From Camelus dromedarius (taxonomy: Eukaryota): DNA of 64,000 bases. The notes beneath the pieces were generated by a model. The model was given only the letters and a program-made list of their open reading frames with translations, had not been told where the DNA came from and searched no databases. The translations under genes and the position numbers were made by a program. Positions 11,901-24,376 of this stretch are shown piece by piece; position 1 is the first letter of the stretch; each line of letters begins with the position of its first letter. Location: NCBI RefSeq assembly GCF_036321535.1, contig NC_087436.1, positions 66,962,001-67,026,000 on the forward strand, given 5' to 3'.

Positions 11901-14900
11901 TCCCATGCCTGGCCAGGCTTTGCAAGTGGAAAAGAAAAAAGACTTGTTTTCATATCCACGTATGTGCCATGGAGTTACCAACTTGTCCTAACTCAAGCCA
12001 TTACGAACTATTTTCTCCCAGCCTGCCTCTCACTGCACTATTAGGTTCCTTGTCCCAAGCTCCTATTGTCTCTTACCTTGTTAGTATTGATCTCATTTCC
12101 AATCCCCTACCCTATACGGCACTTCATTTGCCTTCACAACTTGAAAACACTGATTCAGGGCACACAGCTTAGAGTAAAATCTCCCCTTATATCATGTCCC
12201 TCAATACACATAAGGAATCTTCAAGTGAACAAAGTTGACTTTGACCTTTCAAGTTATGGGGGTGCCTATTATCTAGTTCTTTTTTCACTACTGTGTGTCT
12301 GTGTATGTTTCTACACAGAGATTGAACTACTGAGGCTAAAGTACAGAGGGAAGGAACTTTCTAGTAGAGGCCTGGGTAGAAATACTCAACTGGTCTTGTA
12401 CAGAGGAAAGATTATCAGCCTGAAGCCCTAGAATTAGTCCCAGTTCTTACAGTATATAGATGTATAAGCTGAGATTTAACCCCTGGCACACTGGTTACCT
12501 GATCTAGAGTAAGAACTGGGGCTCTCTCTCCACCCCAGCCATCTCATGTGCAATACAAAACATGAGAAGGGAACTTAAAAGACCTGGTTCTACTACTCAT
12601 TTTAGAAATGAGAAAACTGAAGACCAGCCAAAAAACTGGATTTTCCCAAGCTCACAAAATACCACCCTGACCACATGAACATCCCCTCTGCCTGTGTGTA
12701 CCTCTGCCTTCTTATTAGCGTGATGCTGTCAGTGATGTGTGGATCTGTGGGTAGGACTCCTTGATTCACTGCGTTGATTGCTATGTCACTCTGTCAAAAC
12801 TAAATTCATGGTTTTTTCTTTTCAGATATGATCTAACCATGAATAATTAATTCACTCTTTCTTACTTCCCTCTTTCTCTCTCTCTTTCTCTATATATGTC
12901 TTAACACTCCAAAACACAGATAATGAAGGTAAAGACACCACTGTCTTTTTCTCTTCTATATCTGAGTCTGACACCACAGGACACACAGTAGGGCACTCAG
13001 TAAACATTTTATAATGAATTAACTAATATCAAGCTTATATATTTCCCTCCTTAGTCCAGATATCTGTTAACATGAAATTTAAAATAATTCAAACATGGTA
13101 AATAAGTGATTATTTGATTTGCCTTTTATTTTTGTTTAAACAAAAGTAAATTTTGTTCTCTGTAAATTGTCTAAATTTTATAAATTCAACTAAACGGAAA
13201 GTTTATGAATTCATATTTTTGAAAATTACTCTTCAGTAAAAAGCTCTAGGCATTTATTTTAAGACATTTTCTTTTCCAATCATATAATTATTTTTAGTTT
13301 AGTTTTGCATATAAACTTTAGAACTATTTTCCATTAGCTTTACATTTCCCAATTAAAACTTACAGCTTGGTTTTAGGTATATAATTTTTAGCATAATATG
13401 TTTTAACATATTCAGCTTTTATTTTTCACTCACTAGCCTTCTTCACAATTCTATACAGATTAAAAGCCCAGGATACAGCATAGCAGTTAGTGGCAACACT
13501 CCTTTCCTATTTCAGTCAAACAATATTAGGACCGTCTTAATGACTTTCTTTGGCAGAATGATGTTAAAATATAGCTAGGAATCAATTGCCTTCAGCTTTA
13601 CTTTGAAGTGTCCAAAGCGTAACTTCATAAGAAGACCTTGTTTACTACATAAATGCTTCCTTGAATATAGAGATAATTGTCCATTACACTTTACTATCAC
13701 AATATTTTGTATAATGCATTTTGAAATGCTCTAAAAAAATTAATTCTAGGCTTCTCATTTTATTCAAAATATTGCTATATATCATTTATTTTTTAATTTT
13801 CTATGTGTATACATAGTAAGTTTGCTAACTTTACTGAAGATATCCTCATCTCAAATTACTAATTAACTGTCATTTTTCAAAGAGTAGTACCTCTCCACTA
13901 TTGTAGAAAGTTCCTAGGAAATAATTTGACTATGTGCTCAAATCTGGAAGTCAGGCACTTTACCCATTTTAACCAGTGAGCAACACATAATATGTTTACC
14001 TAAGTCTAGAATTTCTGATTTTGCTTTTGCAAAAATCAGATGGAATACAATATAAAAAATCAGAAATTTAAACCCACCAAAGATCTTTTGTTTTTCTATT
14101 ACAGCCTAGTTTTTTATAATAATGTATTTTTTAATATCAGATTATTTTGTTTCATTATTTCATGCTTTTTTTTCTGTCAATTTTGCTATACTGATTAAAA
14201 TTAGGTCAAATATACTGAAGTAACAACCTAAATGAACTGCTTACTTTCTTGTTTCCCCAGGTGCATAATAAACAGTTACTAATATTCTTCTCCACATTTT
14301 ATAAGACTTGATACGCTTACATAAAATCATTATGTTTTTCCTCCCTGTTGGATGTACAATTGAGCTCATTTGTCTGTGTGTGCATGCAGAACTCTGCTGT
14401 TACTGAATACACTCAAACCAGGGCATTTCCCCTGAGAGAAAATGGGTCAGAAAATCCTCAGAGAATAAGTGATTTAGGAACATGATTAATGGCAAAAAAG
14501 GTGAGGAATCCTACAATTGTTGGGATCGACTTTTTTGTCTGTTTGTTCTTACTACCTTTGATGTGCTACTGTCCACTAGAAGCCATGCCTCATTAGGAAG
14601 AAACACTGTATTATTAAGACCAATGCATGCTGGACAGAAATATGAGTCCCTGGTCTGCCTGCCTGTCCAGTGGCTGCCCAAATGCTTGAACAGTGAGAGT
14701 CAAATAGAGGACCAAACTTTAGCTTGGGTCATAATGCTTTGAAAGACCTTTTGTTATAATTCAAAGGTAATCCTGGAATGTGTGAAAACCTCAAAGCTAT
14801 AATACAGTAAAGAATTGCTCTGAGCTACAGCTAGTCAACCGACATTTGAGAAGATTAATTTTCTCATTTCACACTACATGCATGCCATAATCATACAGAG

Positions 14901-15841
14901 CACAACCACATCATCTTGCAGATGAGCAAACTGAGACCCAGAGAAACTGATGCACTAATTTATGCCAAATTAATGTTTCAGATCAGAACCCCCTGATATT
15001 AATGTTTTCTCCTATTGAAGGGTTAAAATTCTAAAGCATAAAATATAGTAGCATATAAGTTCATTTTAACCAACAAAAGAGAAAATTTTTCTTTACCTAA
15101 TAAACTAGGTATTTATGTTTTGTGTCAAAACATAAAAGTGTGCAGTTTTGTTGCAGAATTCTAGCACTCATCTTTCCCTGATCAGTTTACTGTCTTTTGG
15201 ATCAGGTCCACACAAGTCCATTGAGCAACTGAAGTATCTCAGTTTTTATGCACAACCACAAGGACAAAATAGTTTAAAGGGGGAAAAATATGTAGCATCA
15301 GTTTCTGTGTGAGAAGTTCAATCTCTCTAACAGCTATAGTTCTTTAGTAAAATAAATATGACAAAATATATCAACTTTCAGCAAAAATCATTGGAATCAT
15401 AATTCTGTTACATTTCCTCAATAATGTTAGGGGAAAAAAGATGGCATCAAATAGATATCTGGGTTGTTTAAAACATCTTTAAAATTCATGACTGCAATGT
15501 AGCAATATTGCTAGAAATGACTCAATTTTCTATGTGTGAAATAAAGCTGAAGTCAATTACTTTATTCCTCATGGAACAGTACAAACATTTATGGGCTCAA
15601 ATCCAATTTGTGAAACAAATAAAATCACTTGAGAAAGATAGAGATTAAAACTTTCAAGTTTATATAAATATTTTCACAGGGAAATTTAGACAATTGAGCA
15701 TCTGTCTTCAACACTAAATATGAATGGCAAAGAGGAGATTTCTTTTTAACCTGGAAAAACAATTCATAGCTGTTTTTTTCTCTTTAATGTTTATTTTTAA
15801 AAGTGGAAAAAAAAAGCAACGATTCTTTCTCCATTTATTCT

Positions 15842-16050
15842 TTTTTTTTCAGTGTTTCCTTAAATTGTTTTTTCTTTTTAAATTTTTTAAATTGAAGTAT
15901 AGTTAATTTACAATGTTGTGTTAGTTTCAGGTGTATAGCAAAGTGACTCAGTTACACATATATGCATATATTTACATATATATACCTTTTCAGATTCTTT
16001 TCCATTGTATGTTCAATAACTTGCAATAACCTACAATGGAAAATAATCTT
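15842..16050 (-). mobile_element. Short 5'-truncated and 5'-inverted L1 3' end (younger, artiodactyl/camelid type)
   Basis: Antisense L1 terminus ttgaagtatagttaatttacaatgttgtgttagtttcaggtgta, matching the copies at ~29090-29150 and ~30270-30310. Inverted piece at 16010-16050. TSD catttattct at 15832-15841 and 16051-16060. Confidence 0.85.
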
Positions 16051-18914
16051 CATTTATTCTCAAAAAGTTAGCCAGATGCATGAGAAATGACTTAGAGATT
16101 GGAAAAATCAAAAGCATCACATTAGATAAAATATGCACTGAGAAGTTTATGATTTAAACAAAGATATCTCTTAGTAAAATAATGTAAAATAATTCAAAAA
16201 CAAAAATGTACATATCATGATTACTTATATATTTGTTGTTATTCCACTTTTAAGAAGGTAAACAATTTTATATTATATAAAAGGATGAATTATGTCATGA
16301 ACAGTTCAAGTTTTTTAATCAGCTTTTTTTCTTGAAAAATTTACTTAGGACAACAAATTCAAATGTATCAACTGGTCAATAATAATTTTAAAAGGTAGAA
16401 TGAGCTAAGCGAGTTGGTATGCTTGAAATTAAGTTAATAAATTGAATTAAAATCTTAAATGATCTCATTAGTGTTTTATCAAAAAGCTGTCCCATTAAGT
16501 ATGGTACATTATATCTAGTTTGTCAGTGATTTTGTGCCACAAGTTATACTTTTAAAAGCAGCTAAAAATAGATTTATAAACCACTGATCTATTTTAGTTC
16601 CACTTTACAGTAAATAGGACATCTCCATACTTAAGTTGTAATAGCTGTATATTTTCTATTGTTTTATACCAAGAAATAGTCCAACAACTTTTAAACTGTG
16701 GTAACATAAATAATCTTTTGTGTATTATTACAAAAGTTTACATATTCTGTGAGTTTTTATGTTTCTAAAGAGATAACTGTGATCTCAGTTACTTTGCTTA
16801 AGAAGGAGTACACATTTAAGATCTAAGGAGTCATATGTTTCTGCTGTTTCAGGATTTCACAGTAGAAACACACACAGATGTGCATGAACACACACACAAC
16901 AATGAAGAATTCCCTCATGACAATCATGAGATGTTAGAGATGGTCCTATTAGCGTTATTTCAATGTACATGTTCTGAGTAACACTTAAAATTTTAGAGTA
17001 ACATTACTACTCTCTTTAATATAAATACTGTCTTCTCATAAATAAGTATAAATTCTGTGGGGAAGCTTTCTTTTCAAAGCAATACGAAGTTTCAGTAAAT
17101 GAGGGAAAAAAACTATTTCACTTGGGATTCAATTTAATGAAAATAAAGTAGATTAACCTCTGGTGTGCTTAATGTTTCAGCAAAATAGATACAGTTATAA
17201 CCTTACTATTCTACAAAGAAAAAAAATGCAGGCAACCATTTGCAACTCTGGATTATTTATCCAGCCTATAAAACAGACCAGGAAATATAATATTGTTTGT
17301 GATCTGTGGTCATCATGCTACCCTCATTTGCAGTAGATACTACGCTTCTGGTGTAGGCCTTCACAACAGCACCCAGAAACCAATTCCATAGCTCACGTTA
17401 ATCATATTCTTGTAATCAGTGGCTATTCAACATAAATCTCCATCTCATTTTTTTGTTGGGAAACAGCTATATTAGGGCTTTGAGCTTATTCACGTTTAAG
17501 TGATTATGTTGCCATAATATAGACTGAAGTCCATTGCACCCATTTGCCACAACCATACCAATGACACTGCAGAAATGGAGGCTTTCCACAGTTACTGTGT
17601 CGTCCCGGCAGGAGCTGGAGCTTCCACAGGGAAGAGATTTATTCTTCAGAACCACAGTGCTCCTCACTTTGAGGTCAAAGAAAAGGAAGGAACAGCCATG
17701 GATCCATTGCAGATTCCTCCTTCTGCATTTGTTGAGTGTTTTCTAACTGCTCTCAGCAAAAAATAGCTCCTTAAGTAAAAGTACATGTCTTTCCCAAAAC
17801 TTGATATGAAAATTTCAAATGTTTAGTGATAGTTTTAAAATGACAATTCTGATTTTTTGGTGTTCATTTTCATATGTTGTTGATCATTAGTTTAATGCAA
17901 ATTCAATTCTGACCTATGAATTTTTGTTATGAAACTGTAGAATTTTATAACAGGGCATGCTATCTGAAGATAGAGATTGAGTAATATTTATAGAAATTTT
18001 CTATCAACTCAATCCAAATATTTTATTGCATTTTATTGATGAATTTTTATTTGAGAATTACTGTGAAAATGGATTTTTCTAAGAATGCTATGAATTCTAG
18101 GCAAATATAAAATCTTTAGCATTAGTGGAGTTACAGCAGTAGGGAAGAGAACTCTTACATTTGTTCTTCCTACTTGGATCTTCTGCCTGTATTTTTTCCT
18201 TATCTTCCTATGTTGTTCCTTAATTATTCTGAGGGCTTTTTTTCCTTAGGTTAGTAACCACAAGAGGGAATGGTGAAATTAATTTTGCAGTGTGATTTTA
18301 ATCTTAAAATTAAAACAAGTTATTAACTGCCCTTTTCTCTGCTTATCAACACAATCCATTTCACCAATATGTTCTACTAATGGAAAACATAAATAAAGCA
18401 AACACAGATAACAGGTAAGTTTAGTTATATTATAGAAATGTAGAATTTTTTAGTCTAAAGAATCTTTGATAATATTTGATACTTCCATATCTATTTGGAG
18501 ATGAGCAAATAGGACTCTGGATATGATAAAGGATACATCCATAAGTACAAATAAGTAAGTATAAGTGTCACTGACTTCCATTTATTGTTCTGTTTGCTAT
18601 ACAACCAACAGTTAATAACTAACAGTCCTTAGAAACGATTGCTCAGTGGGGTCCTGGACATCTCAGGCTCTCTGATAATATTTCCTCATTCTACTTTTGG
18701 CTGGTTATAATGAACACATTACAATAATTTGTATGTTTGAATGTGTGTTTATTAGGAAGATGTATGCAGATACAGAATTGAGTTTTAGGAAGGCTATAGG
18801 AAACAGGGACTCTTCCATGTTCCTACTATGAGAATATATTGGTATCAAACTTAGGGAGCTATTTTGTAATGCACGGTAAATTTAAGAATTTTATAAAGCA
18901 GAATTTTCACTTGT

Positions 18915-19150
18915 GACTAGGAATACATATGCCAAGATGATACCTCCAACATTATAATGGCCAAATATTAGAAACCACTTCCATGACCATCAACAGGAAC
19001 ATATAAAATATGTTATATTCATAATATACATCATTATACAAGAGTTAACATTACTTCATTTACATAAAAATTCCAAATACTTAAAGATGAGGGGAAAATA
19101 CAAATTTCAAATACAGTCAAACATTTACCTATAGTTTAAAAATAAATAAA
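18915..19150 (+). mobile_element. Old L1 (L1ME-like) 3' fragment
   Basis: caacattataatggccaaatattagaaaccact...ccatcaacagg...atattcataata resembles a degenerate ORF2 end and 3'UTR. Confidence 0.45.
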
Positions 19151-19214
19151 ACTACTATAAATTATGTTTTATTGCATCCATAGAATCAAATAGTGATAAA
19201 AGTATAAATAAACG

Positions 19215-20572
19215 GGAAATATATACTAAATGCATGAGACTAGATCAACGAAAGGGATCCAATCTGAAGAATTCAGAGAAAGATGAAATAAAAAGTGGAC
19301 AGAGCCTAAGAGACCTCTAGAACTAAATAAAGCATATCCACATATGTGTAATAAGAATTCAAAAGGAGAAGAAAAGAGAAAAAATGATAGGCACAATATT
19401 TGAGTAAATACGAAAAATTTCCCAAATTTGATGAAAAGCATTGATGTACAAATCTGAAATGCCCACTGAATCCAATTAGTGTACACACCATAATCTAGGC
19501 CTAGACACATCACAGTAGCACTGCTGAATGCCAAGACACCAAAATTTTTTTTTGAAAGCAGTAAAAGGAAAAGCACTCATCAAGCAGAAAAGAACAAGAA
19601 TTAATAATTAGCTGACTCCTCAGCAAAAGCAATGCAGGCCATTTCTTTCAAAATGCTGAAAGAAAAAATGTCAACTGAGGATTCTATGTCTAGCAAAACT
19701 AACTTTCAAAAATGAAGATGAGTCAAAATTCACCAGTAAAAGATGAATAATTCAATTTGGAAATGGGCAAAAGACATGAACAGATATACCACTGAAAAGG
19801 ACATACAGATGTCAAGTAAACACGTGAAAAGATACTGAATGTCATTAGTCACTAGGGAAATTCAAATGAAAACCACAATGAGATATCACTACATACCCAT
19901 CTGAGATTATTTCATTTTTTTATAGTGACTACACCAAATGCTGATGAGTATGTGGAGAAACTGAATTGCTCATATATTGTTGGTGGAAATGCAAAATGGT
20001 ACAGTACTTGGGGAAAATTGGCTGTTTCTTACAAAACTCAACATGCAATTACTATACAATGCAGCAACTTTACTCTTTGACATGAATCCCAGGTTATGTG
20101 AAAACTGATGTTCACACAAATATCTATATATGCATATTCACAGCAGTTTTATTTTTAATAGCCCTGAAACTAAAATCAGCCCAGACGACCTTCAAGGGGT
20201 GAATGATTAAACAAACTGGTACAAATGTACCAGGGAACAGTACTCAGCAGTGCAAAGCAACATGCTGCAAAGATACAAGCAACAATTCTAATCAACCCCA
20301 AGAAATTATGTTGAGGGAGAAAAATCATTCTCAAAATGTTAAATATTGCATTAGTCCATTTATATAATATTTGTAAAATGACAAAATTTTAGAAGTGGGG
20401 TAAAACTTAGTGGTTGCCAAAGGTTGGAGACAGGGAGATGGGGAAGCAGGAGAGATCTGAATGTGGCCATAAAAGGGCAATATGAGAGATCTTCGTGCTG
20501 TTGTCTCTGGTCTTGTAGAGGGGATGAATACACAAACCTGCACAGGTGATGTACAGAACTTAATATATACAT

Positions 20573-20575
<3 letters not shown>
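19215..20575 (+). mobile_element. Old L1 (L1MD/L1MC-like): ORF1 remnant joined to ORF2 C-terminus and 3'UTR
   Basis: ORF1-like RILCLAKLTFKNEDE (19678-19722), then ORF2-like WAKDMNRY (19764-19787) and aaaccacaatgagatatcactacatacc. The 3'UTR has ttagtggttgccaaagg and ends in a CA repeat. Confidence 0.8.

Positions 20576-20613
<38 letters not shown>
20575..20613. repeat. (CA)n microsatellite, about 19 units
   Basis: Direct reading. Confidence 0.95.
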
Positions 20614-20615
<2 letters not shown>

Positions 20616-21379
20616 AGAGAAAAGGAGAGGAGAAAACTGAGAAAGACAGCAATGGAAGACCAGGAGAAGCTGTTACACAATTAATGAACAACATCAACAA
20701 AAATTGGAATTCAGATATATCTGACTTCAAAGCTCATATTTTAATTCACCACACCATGATTCCTCTTAAAGTAAGACAAAGAGTTCACGGAAAACTAGGC
20801 CTTTGTAGGCAATCTAATGAATGAAGTAATGGAATTCAGTCTTTGACATTCTTTCCAAAAGCACAGCTTCATTTTTATCTCCTAAATTTTACCCTGTACT
20901 TTATTTCTGTTTTTCCTTAACTTTGAATTAAAGCTTAAGAAGTTATTAAAGTAATGGCACTCAAAGTACTTCCTATGCAACTAGAATCGCACTAAATATT
21001 TCATGGAAAACAAGTGTTCTTTAGCAAGACAACTATGAAGCTCTTCCTAGTGTATCTCTTTTAAAGATATGAATATTGAAAGCTTTGAAGACTCTGTGTA
21101 AATTTATATGGTAAACACATATGTATAGTAAAGCTATGTAGTGAATTATCCTATTTAGTTCTATATATTATACTATTTTCCATGCTTGTATTGCCAGAGA
21201 ACTCTTATTCACAGCACATAGGAGCATTCTGCTGAACATTCCATAGAACATATTTTGGGAAATTCCAGTCATAGTGTTGACTGATAACTTAAGAGTAGGT
21301 ACTTACTGGGCTACCATATGATGATGGCTTCAAATCTGACTACTACCTTGTGACACATTTTTCATAATATCTAATTTAT

Positions 21380-21600
21380 ACTCCGTTGTCAGTTTACATA
21401 TCAGTTTACATACCAATGGATTCATTCTATGACAAAGAAACCTGGTTTCAATTGTGTGTGTATTTCCAATGTTTAGGATTATGCCTGGAAAAGTGTACAA
21501 ACTCAGTATATATTGATTATCTGTATGTAAGAATGAAAGAAAAAAATGAACAAAAGAATGAAAGAAAAAAATGAACAAAAGAATGAATGAATGAGTGAAA
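21380..21600 (+). mobile_element. L2 3' end with (GAAT)n tail and a local 25-bp tandem duplication
   Basis: tgtatttccaatgtttaggattatgcctgg...actcagtatatattg...gaatgaatgaatgag; aagaatgaaagaaaaaaatgaacaa occurs twice. Confidence 0.6.
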
Positions 21601-23811
21601 GAAAATACTAAAAGCCACGTGATTGACTGTCACTGTTTTACTCAGTGGTGTGCTGGGATCTACAGCAATGGAACAGAAAGAACTTTTGAGTGAGTTATTT
21701 CTCCCTTCTTCTTCCAGAAGCAATTTAGTCAAAGAACATTTGGCATGTCAGCCCTGAAATGTTGCCAGCCTATTGCTCTGGCCACTATTTTTTTTTTCCT
21801 CTCAATAATAACTCCCACCAGAAGAATAGCAAGGAAAGAAAGAAAAGGTTAAACTCAATTCTGTCAAATGTTGTTAAGACTTGGCAGCTCCAGGAAAGGT
21901 TTTATAGGGAAGAGAATTCAATCGAGCGACATAGGGGGCTTCCTGAATCACTGTGAATTTCATTTATCTGTGTATCTCTGTTCCTAATTATCGCAGATAA
22001 GTGACAGTTGGCAAGCCCATGGAGGCCTTAGAAGATTGTAAAATTGTATTTAATGGTCAAAACATAACATTTAAAAACTTTAGTGAGTCACATAAATAAA
22101 AGCACAATTTATTTCAGGTGATGTTGAGGTTTGCTCTAACCAGTTTCTTTTCACATAAAATAGGATGTTAAAGTTTTATAATGGTATCTGAAATTTCTAT
22201 CTTGACAAGATCTAATTAGTTGGGCTAACTGTAAAGTTCAAACACTGGACACAGAGTATCTTTCACTTACCCCCGAAAAAGAAGTATAACAGCCATAACG
22301 ACTCCAGTTCACTTGGCACAAATGAGCGAGGTAAGTTACAAGACTAAATGGAAAAGTTTCCTTAATATATATCTGATAAGCAGAGTCTCAATAATTTTTG
22401 ATCATACCGAATTACATTCCTCATTAAAAAGTACACCATAGCAAAAGAAAAATTCTAGAAATGCAATTATTCCAAAATGTCACACAGCAAATACACACTG
22501 GAAAGTTTTTAAAAAGCAAAGAGAAAAGCTTTATAGATCTCGATACTCATAATTAAATTTCTTGCTTTAATTGGAAATCTCAGTGTACTTTTAATTTATT
22601 AATTTTCAGAAAAATTTAGAGCCACATTTTAGAGCTGATCACCTTGTAGCATCATTAAGACAAATACTTTCTTGATGATCTTTCTCTATTATTTATTTTA
22701 TGGTTTCATATAGTCTTACTGCTGATACAGTTCATTTCTGCAGTGATATTTAGAGAGCAACTGATATGCCCTCAATTTGATAGTTTATGTTTTTCTCATA
22801 TTCAGTGGTAAAGTATACACTTACATTCAAGAGAAGATACATATGCTTATAATTCTGATACGTTCCCATATTGACATTCCATTCATAATGAGGTAGAGCT
22901 AATAAATGACTAAAATACATACTTGTCCTAGTCATAGAAGTTTGCCGCAAAGGGGCTCTGAAAAAATAAACTGTTTATGTTGACAACCTGCCAGCTGCTT
23001 GCGTAAGTACACCCACTGACAGCACCTAACTTCAGAGGCATTTTCACTAATTTATCATAAAAAGTTTAATGTTTTCTATATAACTGAAAAATGATGTCTA
23101 CAGTGACTACAGATTATTTTGAGAGATTGATTCTTCTGACTTTTATAGATTAATACTAGATAAACACTCATACATACATATATTTAAGCATTTAAAAAAA
23201 TCTGGGCTACCATTGTTAGAGAAAAGACATTAAAAGAAGAGTCTTGGTATTTATAATAAAATATAAAATTCTGTCTAATTAGAAATAGTAACCATGAAAT
23301 ATAAACTACAAAAACTTATATTGACATTAAATAATTGAATTTGATTTATGCAACCTGGTTTTGAAAATGTACATCTAAATGAAAACTGAATGATGACTGA
23401 GGTAATTTTTTTTCTATTTAAACCATCTTAACTAATTTTTTTCTCAGAGAAAACACCTTAAAGCTGACAGAACTCAACATTCAGCAAGAGATGTACTGAG
23501 TGAGTCTCATACACACACACACACATATATATATATGCATATATATATATGCATGCCAGGTTTTCCTAGGTAAGTATCTGTGTGCACAGAATTTTCATTC
23601 AATTTAATGCGGATCATGCTTACTTAAATATATATGCCTTAGCTTATTATTTCTATATGTAAAACCTCTTCAATTTTTCTTTTTTCTTTTTATTTCCTTC
23701 TCAACTATTTACTTATACAATATCTCTTCATTTTTCCTGTTTTAACTGAAAATATTCTAAGCTTCCTACCTTCTTTTATTCTTTGGCTCAGTTTGAATGA
23801 CCTATAAACAG

Positions 23812-23940
23812 AGATCTCCAAACACTGGTTTAATCATCAACAGCATCACTACCACCTCTGTTGGTTTATTAAAAATGCCAATTCTTGCATAGTACACACA
23901 ACGTACAGAGTCAAGGGACCCAGGGATATGTATTTTAAAT
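23812..23940. mobile_element. MER5A-like fragment
   Basis: cagcatcactaccacct...ttattaaaaatgccaattctt...gggacccagggatatgtattttaa. Confidence 0.55.
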
Positions 23941-24239
23941 AATATATAATAATAATTGTTTAAAATTTATTTAGAACTAAAAATGTGCCTAGATCTTTCC
24001 TAAATACTTTACATATTTTAATACAGTTTATACTCCCCACAGTCCGACGATGAGTTTATTATTATTTAGATGGAAAAACTAGTAAAGTTAATGAATTATG
24101 GATCTAGGATTAAGGCAACATCAATTCAGAGTCCTTGCTTTTAACCTCTTACCACACACATGACCTTTCCTGGGTGAGTCTAACTTCTCACCAGATTTCC
24201 ATAAAAATGTCCAATAAATGTAGATGCATGTAGTACACT

Positions 24240-24376
24240 GAATTATAGATATTTATAGTGTGCCTGTTTCTCAAACTAAACAGAAAGCTCCTTGAGAAAA
24301 AGAACACTATGTATATTCATATTTTGGATCCTTCAGCAAAATACTTGGGTTCTCAGTACATATTTGTTGAATTGAT
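24240..24376 (+). mobile_element. L2 3' end
   Basis: gaaagctccttgag...ttctcagtacatatttgttgaattga. Confidence 0.55.
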
